From Candidatus Bathyarchaeota archaeon (GTDB taxonomy: Archaea > Thermoproteota > Bathyarchaeia > 40CM-2-53-6), in contig CAVTBR010000001.1 in NCBI GenBank assembly GCA_963733055.1, forward strand, positions 704,001 through 768,000: a DNA stretch of 64,000 nucleotides, in the 5' to 3' direction. Every line of letters starts with the position of its first letter. Position 1 is the first letter of the stretch. Below are positions 19,624-30,125 of this stretch, one piece after another. A program made the translations under genes and the position numbers. A model generated the notes under the pieces. It saw only the letters and a list, made by a program, of their open reading frames with translations. It was not told the DNA's origin and did no database searches.

Positions 19624-19678
19624 ATGGAACTGGAGCTAGAGAACGGGTTAAGTTCCCGAAAGCAACCCCTCCTGATCC

Positions 19679-20685
19679 ATGCGAATACAATTTGGTTACA
19701 GAGCCGAAGCTGAGGGCCATCAACCCGACGATCTGCTAAGATACGCTTCCTTAGCTCAGAAAGTTGGTTTCGATTTCATTCCAATCAGTGACCATTTTCA
19801 ACCATGGTTCGACACCAACGCAGCCTGTCCGTTTGCGTGGTCATGGATCCCAGCCGCTGCGGCATCAATACCCAACGTCAGGTTTGGAACGATCGTTACC
19901 GCACCAATCGGAAGATACCACCCCGCAGTAATCGCCCAAGCTTACGCAACCATGGGGGCAATGTTTCCTGGTAGAATCTTCATTGCGCTGGGAACAGGGG
20001 AGGCAATGAATGACTTTCCGCTAGGCTACCCTTGGCCTAAGTTCCCAGAAAGGCTAGGACGGTTGACGGAGTGCTTAGAAATAATGCGCAAACTGTGGAC
20101 GGAGGATTTCGTGAATTATTCTGGCAAATACTACACGTTGAAGGAAGCTAAGCTCTACACGAAACCAAAGGCCCCAATCCCTGTCTACGTTGCAGCCAAC
20201 GGCCCCCAAGCGGCAGCCTTGGTAGGGAAATACGGCGATGGTTATGCCACGTTCGATAGCGCCATGGGGAACATCAAATCCCTTTGGCCCATAATCGATG
20301 AAGCGGCTAAGAGCGCTGGCCGTAACGTCGGCGCTACTGAACAAGAACGTTGAACTCTTCATATCATACGCTGAGGATTACGATGAGGCACTGGCCTCGG
20401 CGAGGAGATGGAAATCCGCTTTGATACCAAACATATTGAACCTCTCAATCGCAGACCCGCGAAGAACTCGAGCGACTCGGAAGTCGGATCCCTGATGCAG
20501 AGTTTGCCAAGGTCTGGACGATCGCAACCAGTCCAGAAGATGTAATCAAGAAAGCCGAGAATGCGATCGGTTTGGGTTATAACGAAATTCAATTCCACAA
20601 CACAGGCCCTTCAGAAGAAAACTTTCTGAACATGTGTCAGAAAGAAGTGCTTCCACCCCTCAAACAGAAATACGCTTCCGCCTGA
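19679..20685 (+). CDS. F420-dependent LLM oxidoreductase (G6PDH-like); two apparent frameshifts near 20335 and 20462
   Basis: SDHFQPW, RYHPAVIAQA, GTGEAMN. Downstream frames continue LNKNVELFISY...DPR/ELERLG...KEVLPPLK to TGA at 20685, colinear with paralogue 28986..30026. Confidence 0.8.
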
Positions 20686-20717
20686 TTGAGAGAACCTGAA
20701 TCGATGAGGATGAACGC

Positions 20718-21497
20718 TTGCAGAATATTGATTTACTATTCATTATCGAACCCGCAATCGTAGTCGCATTTAGCGTTGGCACAGTCCTGTACTGGCATCG
20801 GAAACACGGTTTCGCCAGGGCCGTGCTTGGATTCTCACTATTGGCCTACGGTGGCGCAATAGGGCTCAAAGTGATCCTTCAATATCTCACCGCCCCGGTT
20901 ATTCTGGCAGCGTCCCAAGCCTCCGTGTGGTGGCTGGGACTCTACATCGGCCTTCAAACGGTAGTCTTCGAGGTAGGGGGCGCATTCCTAGTTGCCCGCT
21001 TTGCAATCTCAAGAGGTAAGATGAAGCAAAGCGATGCCGTAGCATATGGGTTAGGCTTAGCCTTCTGGGAGAACGCGGTCCTCCTCGGAGTAATCGCGCT
21101 ACTGAGCACAATTTCCTATTTCATAGTAATCTCACAAGGTGGGCAGGCCGCCGAGAGCATGTATACTCTTCTTTCAACGACACAACCACAGCTCTTCTAC
21201 CCGCCTCAATCCGCATTGCCACTCGCAGGATGGGGTTTGCTGGAGAGGGTTTCATCCTTGATGGTCCATCTGTCATGGGGATACCTATGCGTAAACTCAG
21301 CCACGCAAGACAAACGAGAATTTCTATTCCTCGCGTTGCCAATGGGTTTCGTAGACTTCCTCGTTCCCTTCGTTCAAATCCTGACAGCGCCCCTATTCGA
21401 AATCACAGTTTTCATGCTGGCGTCAATATGCGTCTTCGTAACCGTTTACTTCACGAGAGTTAGGGTAGGCCCCAAAAGAGGGAAATCGAGCAAATGA
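20718..21497 (+). CDS. YhfC/PrsW-like intramembrane metalloprotease family protein
   Basis: Multi-TM; VFEVG, AYGLGLAFWEN, LERVSSLMVH. Confidence 0.75.
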   Translation: MQNIDLLFIIEPAIVVAFSVGTVLYWHRKHGFARAVLGFSLLAYGGAIGLKVILQYLTAPVILAASQASVWWLGLYIGLQTVVFEVGGAFLVARFAISRGKMKQSDAVAYGLGLAFWENAVLLGVIALLSTISYFIVISQGGQAAESMYTLLSTTQPQLFYPPQSALPLAGWGLLERVSSLMVHLSWGYLCVNSATQDKREFLFLALPMGFVDFLVPFVQILTAPLFEITVFMLASICVFVTVYFTRVRVGPKRGKSSK

Positions 21498-21521
21498 AGT
21501 CAATGTAATTTGGTAGGTTGG

Positions 21522-22559
21522 ATGAAGGCCGCCAGACTTCATAGGATTCATGAGAAACTGAGTCTGGATCAGGTTCCAATCCCCAAGATCACGGCTTTGG
21601 ATGTTTTGGTAGATGTCCGGGCTAGCGGAATCTGTCACTCCGACATAAACTACCGTGATGGTGTTGCACCCGTAGCGAAGCTACCAATCATTCTGGGGCA
21701 TGAGATTGCAGGAGTAGTCGTTGAGAAAGGAACCCGGGTTAAGGGCTTGGAGATAGGCGACCCGGTGCTTGTTCACTATGTGTCAAGCTGTGGTCGATGC
21801 AGGTATTGTCTCACGAACAGGGAAAACTTGTGTATCAAGTATGGGATGATAGGAAAGGATGTTGACGGCGGATTCGCCGAATACTCCCGCGTCCCAGCCT
21901 CAAGCACAGTACGATTGCCTGAAAGGATACCGTTCGATCAAGGCGCGATCATAGGTTGTGCGGTCTCGACTGCGTACCACGCTCTCAAAAGGGGACGGTT
22001 GAAGCGTGGAGAAACCGTAGCAATCATTGGAATTGGTGGTCTTGGCATGCACGCGGTTCAACTCGCCAGAAAGATTTTCCATGCAAGCCAGGTCGTTGCC
22101 GTGGATCGATTCGACTGGAAACTAAAGCACGCCAAACGGCTTGGGGCAACCGACACTGTAAATGTTGAACACCAAGATGCGACTGAAGCGATGAGAAGAT
22201 TATCACACGGCAGGTTCGCGGATGTGGTAGTCGATTTCGTAGGACATGAGAATACTATCCGACAGGGCATCAATCTTGTAGCAAAGGGAGGTAGGTTAGT
22301 TGTGGTTGGCATAGGCGCCAAATCAGTGACCATCTCCCCCTACGAGAGCCTGATCGGTAAGGAGATGGAAATAGTCGGTGTTGATGACCATTTGAAAAGC
22401 GACCTGATAATACTGATCGATCTCGTCAGGACCAGGAAATTAGATCTCTCACATTCCGTTACGCACAAGGTTAGTCTTGAGGACATTAACGCTGGCTTCA
22501 AGATTCTTGAAAACCCGAAGGAACAGCCGATAAGAGTCGTAGCCTCGAAGACAGGATAA
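21522..22559 (+). CDS. Zn-dependent alcohol dehydrogenase (MDR family)
   Basis: GICHSD, GHEIAG, CGRCRYC...C, GIGGLG. Confidence 0.92.
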   Translation: MKAARLHRIHEKLSLDQVPIPKITALDVLVDVRASGICHSDINYRDGVAPVAKLPIILGHEIAGVVVEKGTRVKGLEIGDPVLVHYVSSCGRCRYCLTNRENLCIKYGMIGKDVDGGFAEYSRVPASSTVRLPERIPFDQGAIIGCAVSTAYHALKRGRLKRGETVAIIGIGGLGMHAVQLARKIFHASQVVAVDRFDWKLKHAKRLGATDTVNVEHQDATEAMRRLSHGRFADVVVDFVGHENTIRQGINLVAKGGRLVVVGIGAKSVTISPYESLIGKEMEIVGVDDHLKSDLIILIDLVRTRKLDLSHSVTHKVSLEDINAGFKILENPKEQPIRVVASKTG

Positions 22560-22568
22560 CTAAACGGT

Positions 22569-23033
22569 TCAGCGTTTTAGACGTCTTGAGACGAAGCAGG
22601 TTGCCCCGATCACTAAAACGACTACGAAGACCGACAGGTTGGGTTGAAATTCTGGTACAGCCGAAGAAGGCTGTTGCTGTAAGTAGAAATTGACAGTGCT
22701 CGAAGAACCATCTGTTACATTTACGTTAGCGTTCGGAGCCCAATACTGGGGGCTGTAGGGATCGTATACGGAGACATTGTATGTTCCAGCTGGAACCCGC
22801 ATCAAATAGAACCCACTAAAACCTGAAAAAGCTTCGAAAGTCTGATTGCCACTAACCGCTGAGATTTGAGTCCAATCGACAACCATCCCGGTCGGCCCAA
22901 TCACCGTCCCACTTATCGTCCCTCCTGCTCCACCATAATAATTTGGCACGGGGGAGGCGAACACGAAAGATTTGCCTGCCAATACCAATGCGACGACCAC
23001 GAGGAAACATGCGAAAATTGTCAAGTTCCGCAA
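22569..23033 (-). CDS. Secreted carboxypeptidase-regulatory-like domain protein with PEF-CTERM sorting signal
   Basis: Signal peptide; GTISGTV...VPAGTYNV; C-terminal VPEF + TM helix + RRLKR. Confidence 0.8.
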   Translation of the reverse strand: MRNLTIFACFLVVVALVLAGKSFVFASPVPNYYGGAGGTISGTVIGPTGMVVDWTQISAVSGNQTFEAFSGFSGFYLMRVPAGTYNVSVYDPYSPQYWAPNANVNVTDGSSSTVNFYLQQQPSSAVPEFQPNLSVFVVVLVIGATCFVSRRLKR

Positions 23034-23139
23034 ATCGATTCACAGAAGAATCACTGTGTTGTGGATTAATGATAAAAGAGTTGGGAAAACCACGAGTAAG
23101 TACTCTCAACCGTATTGAAAAACTGCACCGAGTGCTCCG

Positions 23140-23931
23140 TTAGGTGCAATATCCTCCTCCACGTCGCAGGAATCGAAGAGAGACGGCGTGCGTTAGTAAG
23201 CTCACTCCAATAGCGGCCAGGAAGGATGCGGCTACTCCCAATGCAACCAGCGTCAAGGACACTACCAGAAAGAACGCTATGAACGTGAAAGAACCTGCAA
23301 TGACTCCCCTAAGGAGCAGCACCGCCTGATCTCTGCCCTGAAACCGATGAGTGAAAGCAGCCAACGTTGCGGCATACACTGGAAAAGGGGAGATGAGCCC
23401 CGTTAGTTGCGGCCCAAGCGACTGAGCAACCCCGGTGATCAAGAATACGAGCGCAGTAGCGGAAACTACTCGCGCGGGAAGCTCCCACCGTAAATTCAGC
23501 GCCCGCGCATTGAAGCTGTGTACGCGCGGCAACAATTGAAGAGAAACCAGTAGAACGAGTATTGACAATGCGAACCCGGTCGCCAACGACAAACTAGCCA
23601 TTTGTAGGAGATACGTGCATGCAAGAAAGGCTCCAAACCCCAATAGCAAACTCGGCAACACCGTTAATCGTGCTGCCGACCAGCTGTAGACCAAGCAGAA
23701 AATAAATACGGACATGATTCCAACCATTATGGACTGAGACGCCTCAGAGGCGAAGGTTGATCCCTGCTCCAAAGCCAAGAAGAAAGCTACCGGTCCAGAA
23801 GTTAATGGGAGTCCGATAAGCCAACCACTGACAGTTAGCCCCCAGCGCCGACCTGCGAGAGTCACCGCGGCGATGAAAATTGGCACAAGGATGAGCTTGA
23901 GTACAATGGTAACTAAGTCGACGCTGATCAT
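23140..23931 (-). CDS. Multi-pass membrane protein with internal repeat
   Basis: RRWG..VSGWLIGLPLTSGP and LGPQLTGLISPFPV half-repeats. Confidence 0.8.
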   Translation of the reverse strand: MISVDLVTIVLKLILVPIFIAAVTLAGRRWGLTVSGWLIGLPLTSGPVAFFLALEQGSTFASEASQSIMVGIMSVFIFCLVYSWSAARLTVLPSLLLGFGAFLACTYLLQMASLSLATGFALSILVLLVSLQLLPRVHSFNARALNLRWELPARVVSATALVFLITGVAQSLGPQLTGLISPFPVYAATLAAFTHRFQGRDQAVLLLRGVIAGSFTFIAFFLVVSLTLVALGVAASFLAAIGVSLLTHAVSLRFLRRGGGYCT

Positions 23932-24068
23932 TCAGAAATCAAATCGACGTAATCCATAGTTCACTGAATCGAATCTCCACCGATCGGTCACGCGAATATT
24001 AGAACGAGCATAACTGTATATCGTGTCGAAGCCTCAATTGGGGACGACGTCTCGATAAAGAAGGTGAC

Positions 24069-24904
24069 TTGAGTTCGCAGCTTCCGCATCGCCAGTAAAG
24101 ATTTGTCCTCTCTGCAACGAGCCTTCCGCTTACGATGAGTTAACTGATTTTTACTTTTGCAACCACTGTGACCAATTCATTCAGTGGGTGCCCGATAGCT
24201 ACGCTTTGATAATGACTGGCCCAGCGGGAGCGGGTAAGACTCCGTCATTTAACGCTTGGTCCGACTTCTACGTCCGAAACTGTCGGCCCGTAGTCCTATT
24301 TGCCTTCGATGACTTTCCTTCGAACATTCGCACCGCCTTTTCTGATTACTACCAGCAGAAACTACCCGATTACGAAAGAGCAGGGTTAGTTACAATTGTT
24401 GACTGTTACAGCTCAATCGCGGGCGCCCCCAGTCAGGAGAAATATGCGCTGAAGAACCGTGCGGACCTGAATGAGTTAAGCCTCATGATTTCTGACTTGG
24501 TAAACGCGAAAGCGAAACTTGGGAGTCCGAAATTCATCATCGATTCTGTTACGCCACTGTTCACTTACAAGGATCCGCAGGTTGTTGTGCAGTTCCTGGC
24601 ATCCACTGCCGTGAAGGTTAAGTCGAGAGGAGGAGCGTTAGGAATATCGCTAACGAGCGGGACCGTTAACGAAGAAACTTTTAGACGATTGGAAACGCTG
24701 ATGGATTTTGCCATCGAGATCCGGCTTATCGACGAGGAGGGGCGAAAGAAGAGGCTTATGCGCTTCGTAAAAGCTCGCGGACAACGGATCTACGAGGAGT
24801 GGGTCCCAATATACATCGGAGGAAAAACTATCTCAATCGACGTTGGGGAAGATCCGGAGAAATATGAGAGGCTTAAGAAGGCTCTTTACCCGAAGCCTTC
24901 CTAA
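24069..24904 (+). CDS. KaiC/RAD55-family ATPase with N-terminal zinc ribbon (apparent 1-nt deletion near 24087)
   Basis: GPAGAGKT, IIDSVT, DFAIEIR, KARG. In frame upstream of GTG 24188 is CPLC...CNHC; a TTG at 24069 follows AAGGTGA in an adjacent frame. Confidence 0.8.
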
Positions 24905-24905
24905 G

Positions 24906-24989
24906 TTACATTTGCTTCATCTGTTGCCCACAACACATACCCGCAGAGCTAGACTCTTTCCCGCACGACGCACACTTGTACATGGCCAT
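24906..24989 (-). CDS. 27-aa desulforedoxin-like metal-binding microprotein
   Basis: MAMYKCASCGKESSSAGMCCGQQMKQM; perfect GGAGGTGA RBS 7 nt upstream (24997-25004). Confidence 0.75.
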   Translation of the reverse strand: MAMYKCASCGKESSSAGMCCGQQMKQM

Positions 24990-25242
24990 TAGGAACTCAC
25001 CTCCACACCAAGAAGAAAACAGCCCAACATACCTAGAGGCTCATCCGTCTGTATATTTGATTTTTCCATAGGAAAATTCCATAGAATGATCCATACATGC
25101 CCACAAATATTCGTGTGTCGAGCCACGACACGCCTTACCCCGGGGAGAGCAGTTTTCTAAGCGCCGGGACTTCTGGCTGGCTAGCGAACCTAAATAACCA
25201 CATTCCAAGTGGTTGCCTTCTCCTCCATAAGGTAGACCTAGC

Positions 25243-26238
25243 ATGAATCCAGTCGAAGTCAAACAGCTCTCAAAAACATTCGAAACCCGAGAGGGAGGGG
25301 TATTTCGGAAGGTTTCGAAGAAGATCGTAGCGGTCGACGCGATAGACTTCAGCGTGCCCAAAGGTGAAATCTTTGGCCTACTCGGCCCCAATGGCGCCGG
25401 CAAAACCACGAGCGTCAAGATGCTCTGCACTCTGATTACACCCACCTCGGGTGACGCATACATCAATAACTTCAGCATTGCCAAAGACCAACAGAAAGTC
25501 CGCGAGAACCTGGGAGTAATGCTAACCGGGGAACGAACATTATACTGGAAATTGACGGGGCAGGAGAACCTCGAGTACTTCGCCGCCCTTTACCATATGG
25601 ATTCCACCTACGCAAAGAAACGCATCCACTCACTCCTTGACCTGGTTGGGTTAAGCGAACGCCAAGACACGCTAGTTGAAAATTATTCAACCGGCATGCG
25701 GATCCGACTGTCATTCGCAAAGGCGTTACTGAATGAGGCACCCGTGCTTCTATTCGACGAACCTACCGCAAGCCTTGACCCACAATCCTCCCACCTGATA
25801 CGCGACATAATCAGGAACCTGAAACGGCAGGGGCACGCAATCATCCTAACCACCCACAACATGGAAGAAGCCGACGCCTTGAGCGACCGAGTCGCCATAA
25901 TCGACCACGGAAAAATAGTCATACTAGGGTCTCCATCAGAACTGAAACAGAAAGTGAAAAGCTCAGACATAATCGAGATCGAAGCCAGGAATATGACTGA
26001 CCAGATAGTAAATGCACTTCAATCCTTCAGCGAAGTATCAAAGGTTGCAATCACATCCCCCAATCAAGGACGCGAAACACAACTACTTCGCGTGCACGTC
26101 GAGAAAGGTAAAGAGGTTCTTCCAAGAATACTCGAATTCCTCGTCCGTAAGCAAGTCACCATAACAAAGGTCAGCTTCATTGAACCAACCCTTGAAGACG
26201 TCTTCATAGCTGAAACCGGCAGGAGCCTGAGAGACTAA
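25243..26238 (+). CDS. ABC-2 exporter ATP-binding subunit
   Basis: GPNGAGKT, YSTGM, LFDEPT, TTHNMEEAD, EPTLEDVF. Confidence 0.95.
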   Translation: MNPVEVKQLSKTFETREGGVFRKVSKKIVAVDAIDFSVPKGEIFGLLGPNGAGKTTSVKMLCTLITPTSGDAYINNFSIAKDQQKVRENLGVMLTGERTLYWKLTGQENLEYFAALYHMDSTYAKKRIHSLLDLVGLSERQDTLVENYSTGMRIRLSFAKALLNEAPVLLFDEPTASLDPQSSHLIRDIIRNLKRQGHAIILTTHNMEEADALSDRVAIIDHGKIVILGSPSELKQKVKSSDIIEIEARNMTDQIVNALQSFSEVSKVAITSPNQGRETQLLRVHVEKGKEVLPRILEFLVRKQVTITKVSFIEPTLEDVFIAETGRSLRD

Positions 26239-27078
26239 GTGCGAACAACTTCAGGCGTGAAGATTCATGTACAGGCTTTGGCCGCAATTTTTTGGAAGGG
26301 ACTGAAACATCACATCAGATACCCGGGGGAATTCCTAATCTTCTTGCTGTTGCCTTTCCTTTTCACATTCCTAATTCTCGGAATGGGAAACGCGGTTGGA
26401 GGAACCAATGCGGCATCATACTTTGCAACTCGAACAGGTACGACGAACATAGTCATTTACGAGGTCCTTGGTAGCGCGGTTTGGATGACCAGTTGGGTTG
26501 TCATTGAAGATGTTGGAGCAGGCATACGAGATGAACAGATCAAGGGAACCCTTGAACAGAATTTTCTGGCACCTGTCAACCGTTTCACCTTACTTGTAGG
26601 CCTGAGCCTGACGGACATCGTGATCACGTCAGCACTCTTCCTCATCGTGGTCGGCGTTTCCGTTGCCATCGTGATCCCGTCAAGTTTCCTGACCATAATT
26701 CCAGCGTTTCTTACCTTACTACTAGGACTAATCCCGTTGTTCGGGATTGGATTTCTCTTTGCAGGTTTTGTGGTGCGCTTCAAGGAACCTTACATCTTCA
26801 TTCAGATAGCCAACCTCCTTTTCGCCACCTTAACGGGAACATATTACCCGGTAACCTTTCTACCCTATTGGGTTCAATTCCTCTCAGGTGTACTACCTCA
26901 AACCTATGTGATCGACGATATGCGTCGAATCGTAATAGCGAATCAGACATTGGTGAATCTCTATGGGAGCATTTTCATCCTTCTGACCCTCGCTCTCGCT
27001 TACCCACTGATAGGTTACGGTGTGTTCAGGAAGATTGAGAAAAGGGCGGCTGTGACCGGTGAATTCTCGAAATACTAG
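26239..27078 (+). CDS. ABC-2 permease
   Basis: EQIKGTLEQ, GTYYPVTFLP; six TM helices. Confidence 0.92.
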   Translation: MRTTSGVKIHVQALAAIFWKGLKHHIRYPGEFLIFLLLPFLFTFLILGMGNAVGGTNAASYFATRTGTTNIVIYEVLGSAVWMTSWVVIEDVGAGIRDEQIKGTLEQNFLAPVNRFTLLVGLSLTDIVITSALFLIVVGVSVAIVIPSSFLTIIPAFLTLLLGLIPLFGIGFLFAGFVVRFKEPYIFIQIANLLFATLTGTYYPVTFLPYWVQFLSGVLPQTYVIDDMRRIVIANQTLVNLYGSIFILLTLALAYPLIGYGVFRKIEKRAAVTGEFSKY

Positions 27079-27901
27079 TTACTCTCTTAGGTTATTTGAG
27101 GAATTCAAGGCCTCCTTCCTCAAAGACCTCCGGTCCTACATCCGATATCCAGCATGGCTCATAGGGGAATTTGTAAGTACCCCACTCTGGTTCTTCTTTT
27201 TCGCACTAGGCGTAACCCTCTTCGCGCCGGTCGCTTCAACCGCGTCCAACGTCCCTGGCGGTGGCTCTGGGATGGCGTACTTCTTTTTCGGGTTTATTTT
27301 CATCATACTATTCAGCACCTCGGTCTGGGGAGTTGGTCAAAGTGTCAGAAACGAACAAACATCTGGAACATTGGAACAATTCTTCCTCGCCCCCGCCAAC
27401 CGCGCCACACTGATCCTCGGTCGGTGGGCTAGAATCTTCTTGACCGACTCACTCATCATCGGTTACACGACTTTGATACTTTATCTGCTCGGCGGAACCG
27501 CCGTCAGCGTTCTCAACCCTGCGCTCTTTCTCGTCTCTCTAGCACTTTATGAGGTCAGTTTGATTGGTTTCGGGCTTTTCATGGCGGGTTTGACTATGCG
27601 AATCAAGGCTTTCAACTCGGTTGGAAACTTGATTTTCTTCGGGTACATGATTCTTACAGGTGCACTCTTCCCGATCACCGTCCTCCCTACTCCGGTTCGC
27701 TACTTCTCGATGGTGATCCCATTCACATACCTAAACGACGTGATGAGACATGCAGCGTTGGGTACGTCTACCATTTTTCCGTTGAATCTCGAGTATGTCG
27801 CCGCGGTAGCGTCGTCTTTGTTCATGCTAGTATTCGGTTTTGTTTCATTCAATAGAATTGAGCAAGACGCTAGGGTCAAGGGCAGCATTGCCTCCAGTTA
27901 A
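27059..27901 (+). CDS. ABC-2 permease
   Basis: EQTSGTLEQ, GALFPITVLP; six TM helices. Confidence 0.92.
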   Translation: MNSRNTSYSLRLFEEFKASFLKDLRSYIRYPAWLIGEFVSTPLWFFFFALGVTLFAPVASTASNVPGGGSGMAYFFFGFIFIILFSTSVWGVGQSVRNEQTSGTLEQFFLAPANRATLILGRWARIFLTDSLIIGYTTLILYLLGGTAVSVLNPALFLVSLALYEVSLIGFGLFMAGLTMRIKAFNSVGNLIFFGYMILTGALFPITVLPTPVRYFSMVIPFTYLNDVMRHAALGTSTIFPLNLEYVAAVASSLFMLVFGFVSFNRIEQDARVKGSIASS

Positions 27902-27919
27902 CTAAGCGACCATCACTCA

Positions 27920-28903
27920 GTGTTACTCTTGGAGTTCAAGGAACTCGGTAAATCAGGAATCAAAACCTCAGCCGTCGGGCTTGGTACCTGGCAGTGGGGA
28001 AGCCGCGAATGGGGGTGGAACCGAAACTACGGAAAGAAAGAGGTGCTCGAAGCATTTCAAAAGGCTCTCGAAGTTGGAATCAATTTCATAGACACAGCTG
28101 AGATTTATGGAAGAGGAAAATCCGAGCAACTGATCGGTGAGGCGATCAAAGGGTACCGTGACGAAGTCGTCATAGCCACAAAGGTATGGCCTTGGAATCT
28201 AACATCCGGAGGAATCATTCGATGCGCGGATAGGAGTGCATACAGGTTGGGTGTAGATGTAATCGATCTTTATCAGATCCACTGGCCAAATCCGTTCTTC
28301 CCAATCCGCAATACAATGAAAACTATGAAAAAACTCGTACAACTTGGGAAGGTGCGTTGCGTCGGCGTTAGCAATTTCAATCTGGCGAGAACTAAGGCGG
28401 CCCAGATGGCTCTGTCGCCGCTAGAACTGGCGTCAAACCAAGTCAAGTATAACTTGCTCGACAGAAAAATTGAGAGCGACCTTCTCCCTTACGCTCAGAG
28501 CTCTAATGTTACAGTTATCGCATACAGCCCATTGGCGCACGCCTTGCTAACGGGCAGGTACACGCCTAAGACTAGACCAACGAGCCTAGTCCAGGCCGCC
28601 AACCCGAGATTCTCATCCCAAAATTTGACTAAAATGATTAACTTCTTGCAATTACTCTCATCAATAGCGAGCGAGCACAACAGAACGGTTTCGCAAGTCG
28701 CGTTGAACTGGTTGATAAGCAAACCAAACGTGGTTGCCATACCCGGGTCCAAGAGACCCGAACATGTTGCTGATATGGCTGGAGCTGTGGATTGGCGGCT
28801 CAGAGAAAACGAAATCAAGAGACTCGAGTTGGCGGCCTCAGAAATAAGGTTCGATTGGTTGAGTGGAATTCCAAATCTTCTCAGAGCCGTATTACATCTC
28901 TGA
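27920..28903 (+). CDS. Aldo/keto reductase
   Basis: GLGTWQWG, DTAEIYG, IDLYQIHWP, GVSNF, AYSPL, AIPG. Confidence 0.94.
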   Translation: MLLLEFKELGKSGIKTSAVGLGTWQWGSREWGWNRNYGKKEVLEAFQKALEVGINFIDTAEIYGRGKSEQLIGEAIKGYRDEVVIATKVWPWNLTSGGIIRCADRSAYRLGVDVIDLYQIHWPNPFFPIRNTMKTMKKLVQLGKVRCVGVSNFNLARTKAAQMALSPLELASNQVKYNLLDRKIESDLLPYAQSSNVTVIAYSPLAHALLTGRYTPKTRPTSLVQAANPRFSSQNLTKMINFLQLLSSIASEHNRTVSQVALNWLISKPNVVAIPGSKRPEHVADMAGAVDWRLRENEIKRLELAASEIRFDWLSGIPNLLRAVLHL

Positions 28904-28985
28904 TCATTGAAATGTGGCTGCTGGGTGATTCTGGAAACTTTAAGCCAAGGTTGCGGTAAGTAGACGTTCTTCAGGGCGCGTATAG

Positions 28986-30026
28986 TTGGTTGCCACGCTT
29001 CGGCTAGGTTATTGGGCGGCTCAGGAACAGTACGATCCTCAACGCCTGCTCCAATACGCGGTGCATGCCGAGGTCGTAGGCTTCGACATGATAGTTACCA
29101 GCGATCATTTTCACCCATGGGGCGACACTGGCGGCCAGTCAGGGTTTCCATGGATATGGCTTGCGTCCGCCGCCGAAAAGACTAGGAAAGTTGAAGTTGG
29201 AACAGCGGTCACAACTCCCCTCTTCCGTTACCATCCCGCGATAGTGGCGCAGGCGTTCGCAACCCTCGATAATCTCTACCCCGGACGAATCTTCGTAACA
29301 CTCGGTACAGGGCACTCGATGAATGAAACACCGCTCGGATTCAAGTGGCCTGGTTTTGAGGAAAAGGTCGTGCGGTTACAGGAAGCAGTTGAGATTATAC
29401 AGAAATTATGGGCGGGGGATTTTGTAACTTACGAAGGGAAGTACTATCACCTGAACAAGGCGAAGCTGTACACGAAACCTAAGACTAAGATCCCCGTCTA
29501 CCTAGCCACCTCCAACGAAAGGATAGCCCGCCTTGCGGGACAGTTCTGTGATGGCATCCTAACCAACCCTAGGGGACTCGACAGGTTCAGAAAGATTGTA
29601 AGCGCAATGGAGAGGGCAGCCACAAGGGTGGGACGAGACCCGTCGAAACTTAGCAAAAGCATGGAGTTCAAAGTCGCTTACGACATAGACTACAACCGCG
29701 CACTAAAATCAGCCATGTTCTGGGCCACCACCGCGATACCGAGAGAAAAACGGGAAAACGTCTGGGATCCCAGGGAGCTTCAGGCCCTAGTTGGACCAGA
29801 AGAGGAGAAGAAGATCAAGGAATCCTGGCTCATCACGACCGATTCGGATGATATCATCAAACGCCTTGGAGAATTCCTCAAAATGGGCTTCGATAGAGTG
29901 TACATACACAGCGCGAGTCCGATCGAAGAACGATTTCTCAACCTTCTAGGACGCGAGATACTCCCGTGGATGCGCGAATACTACGAGAGTCTCTTCCGGC
30001 CGGTGCGCACCGTAGCCGTCGAATGA
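28986..30026 (+). CDS. F420-dependent LLM oxidoreductase (G6PDH-like family)
   Basis: AAQEQY, SDHFHPW, RYHPAIVAQAFATL, GTGHSMNE. Confidence 0.88.
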   Translation: MVATLRLGYWAAQEQYDPQRLLQYAVHAEVVGFDMIVTSDHFHPWGDTGGQSGFPWIWLASAAEKTRKVEVGTAVTTPLFRYHPAIVAQAFATLDNLYPGRIFVTLGTGHSMNETPLGFKWPGFEEKVVRLQEAVEIIQKLWAGDFVTYEGKYYHLNKAKLYTKPKTKIPVYLATSNERIARLAGQFCDGILTNPRGLDRFRKIVSAMERAATRVGRDPSKLSKSMEFKVAYDIDYNRALKSAMFWATTAIPREKRENVWDPRELQALVGPEEEKKIKESWLITTDSDDIIKRLGEFLKMGFDRVYIHSASPIEERFLNLLGREILPWMREYYESLFRPVRTVAVE

Positions 30027-30125
30027 CTATGGGCTCAGCACACGTTGGAGCACCGTCTGTGGCCCTGTCAGGCTAATGGCACAATAGAGAGGAGAAAGGG
30101 ATTGCACCCCTTCGGTTCGAGACGA

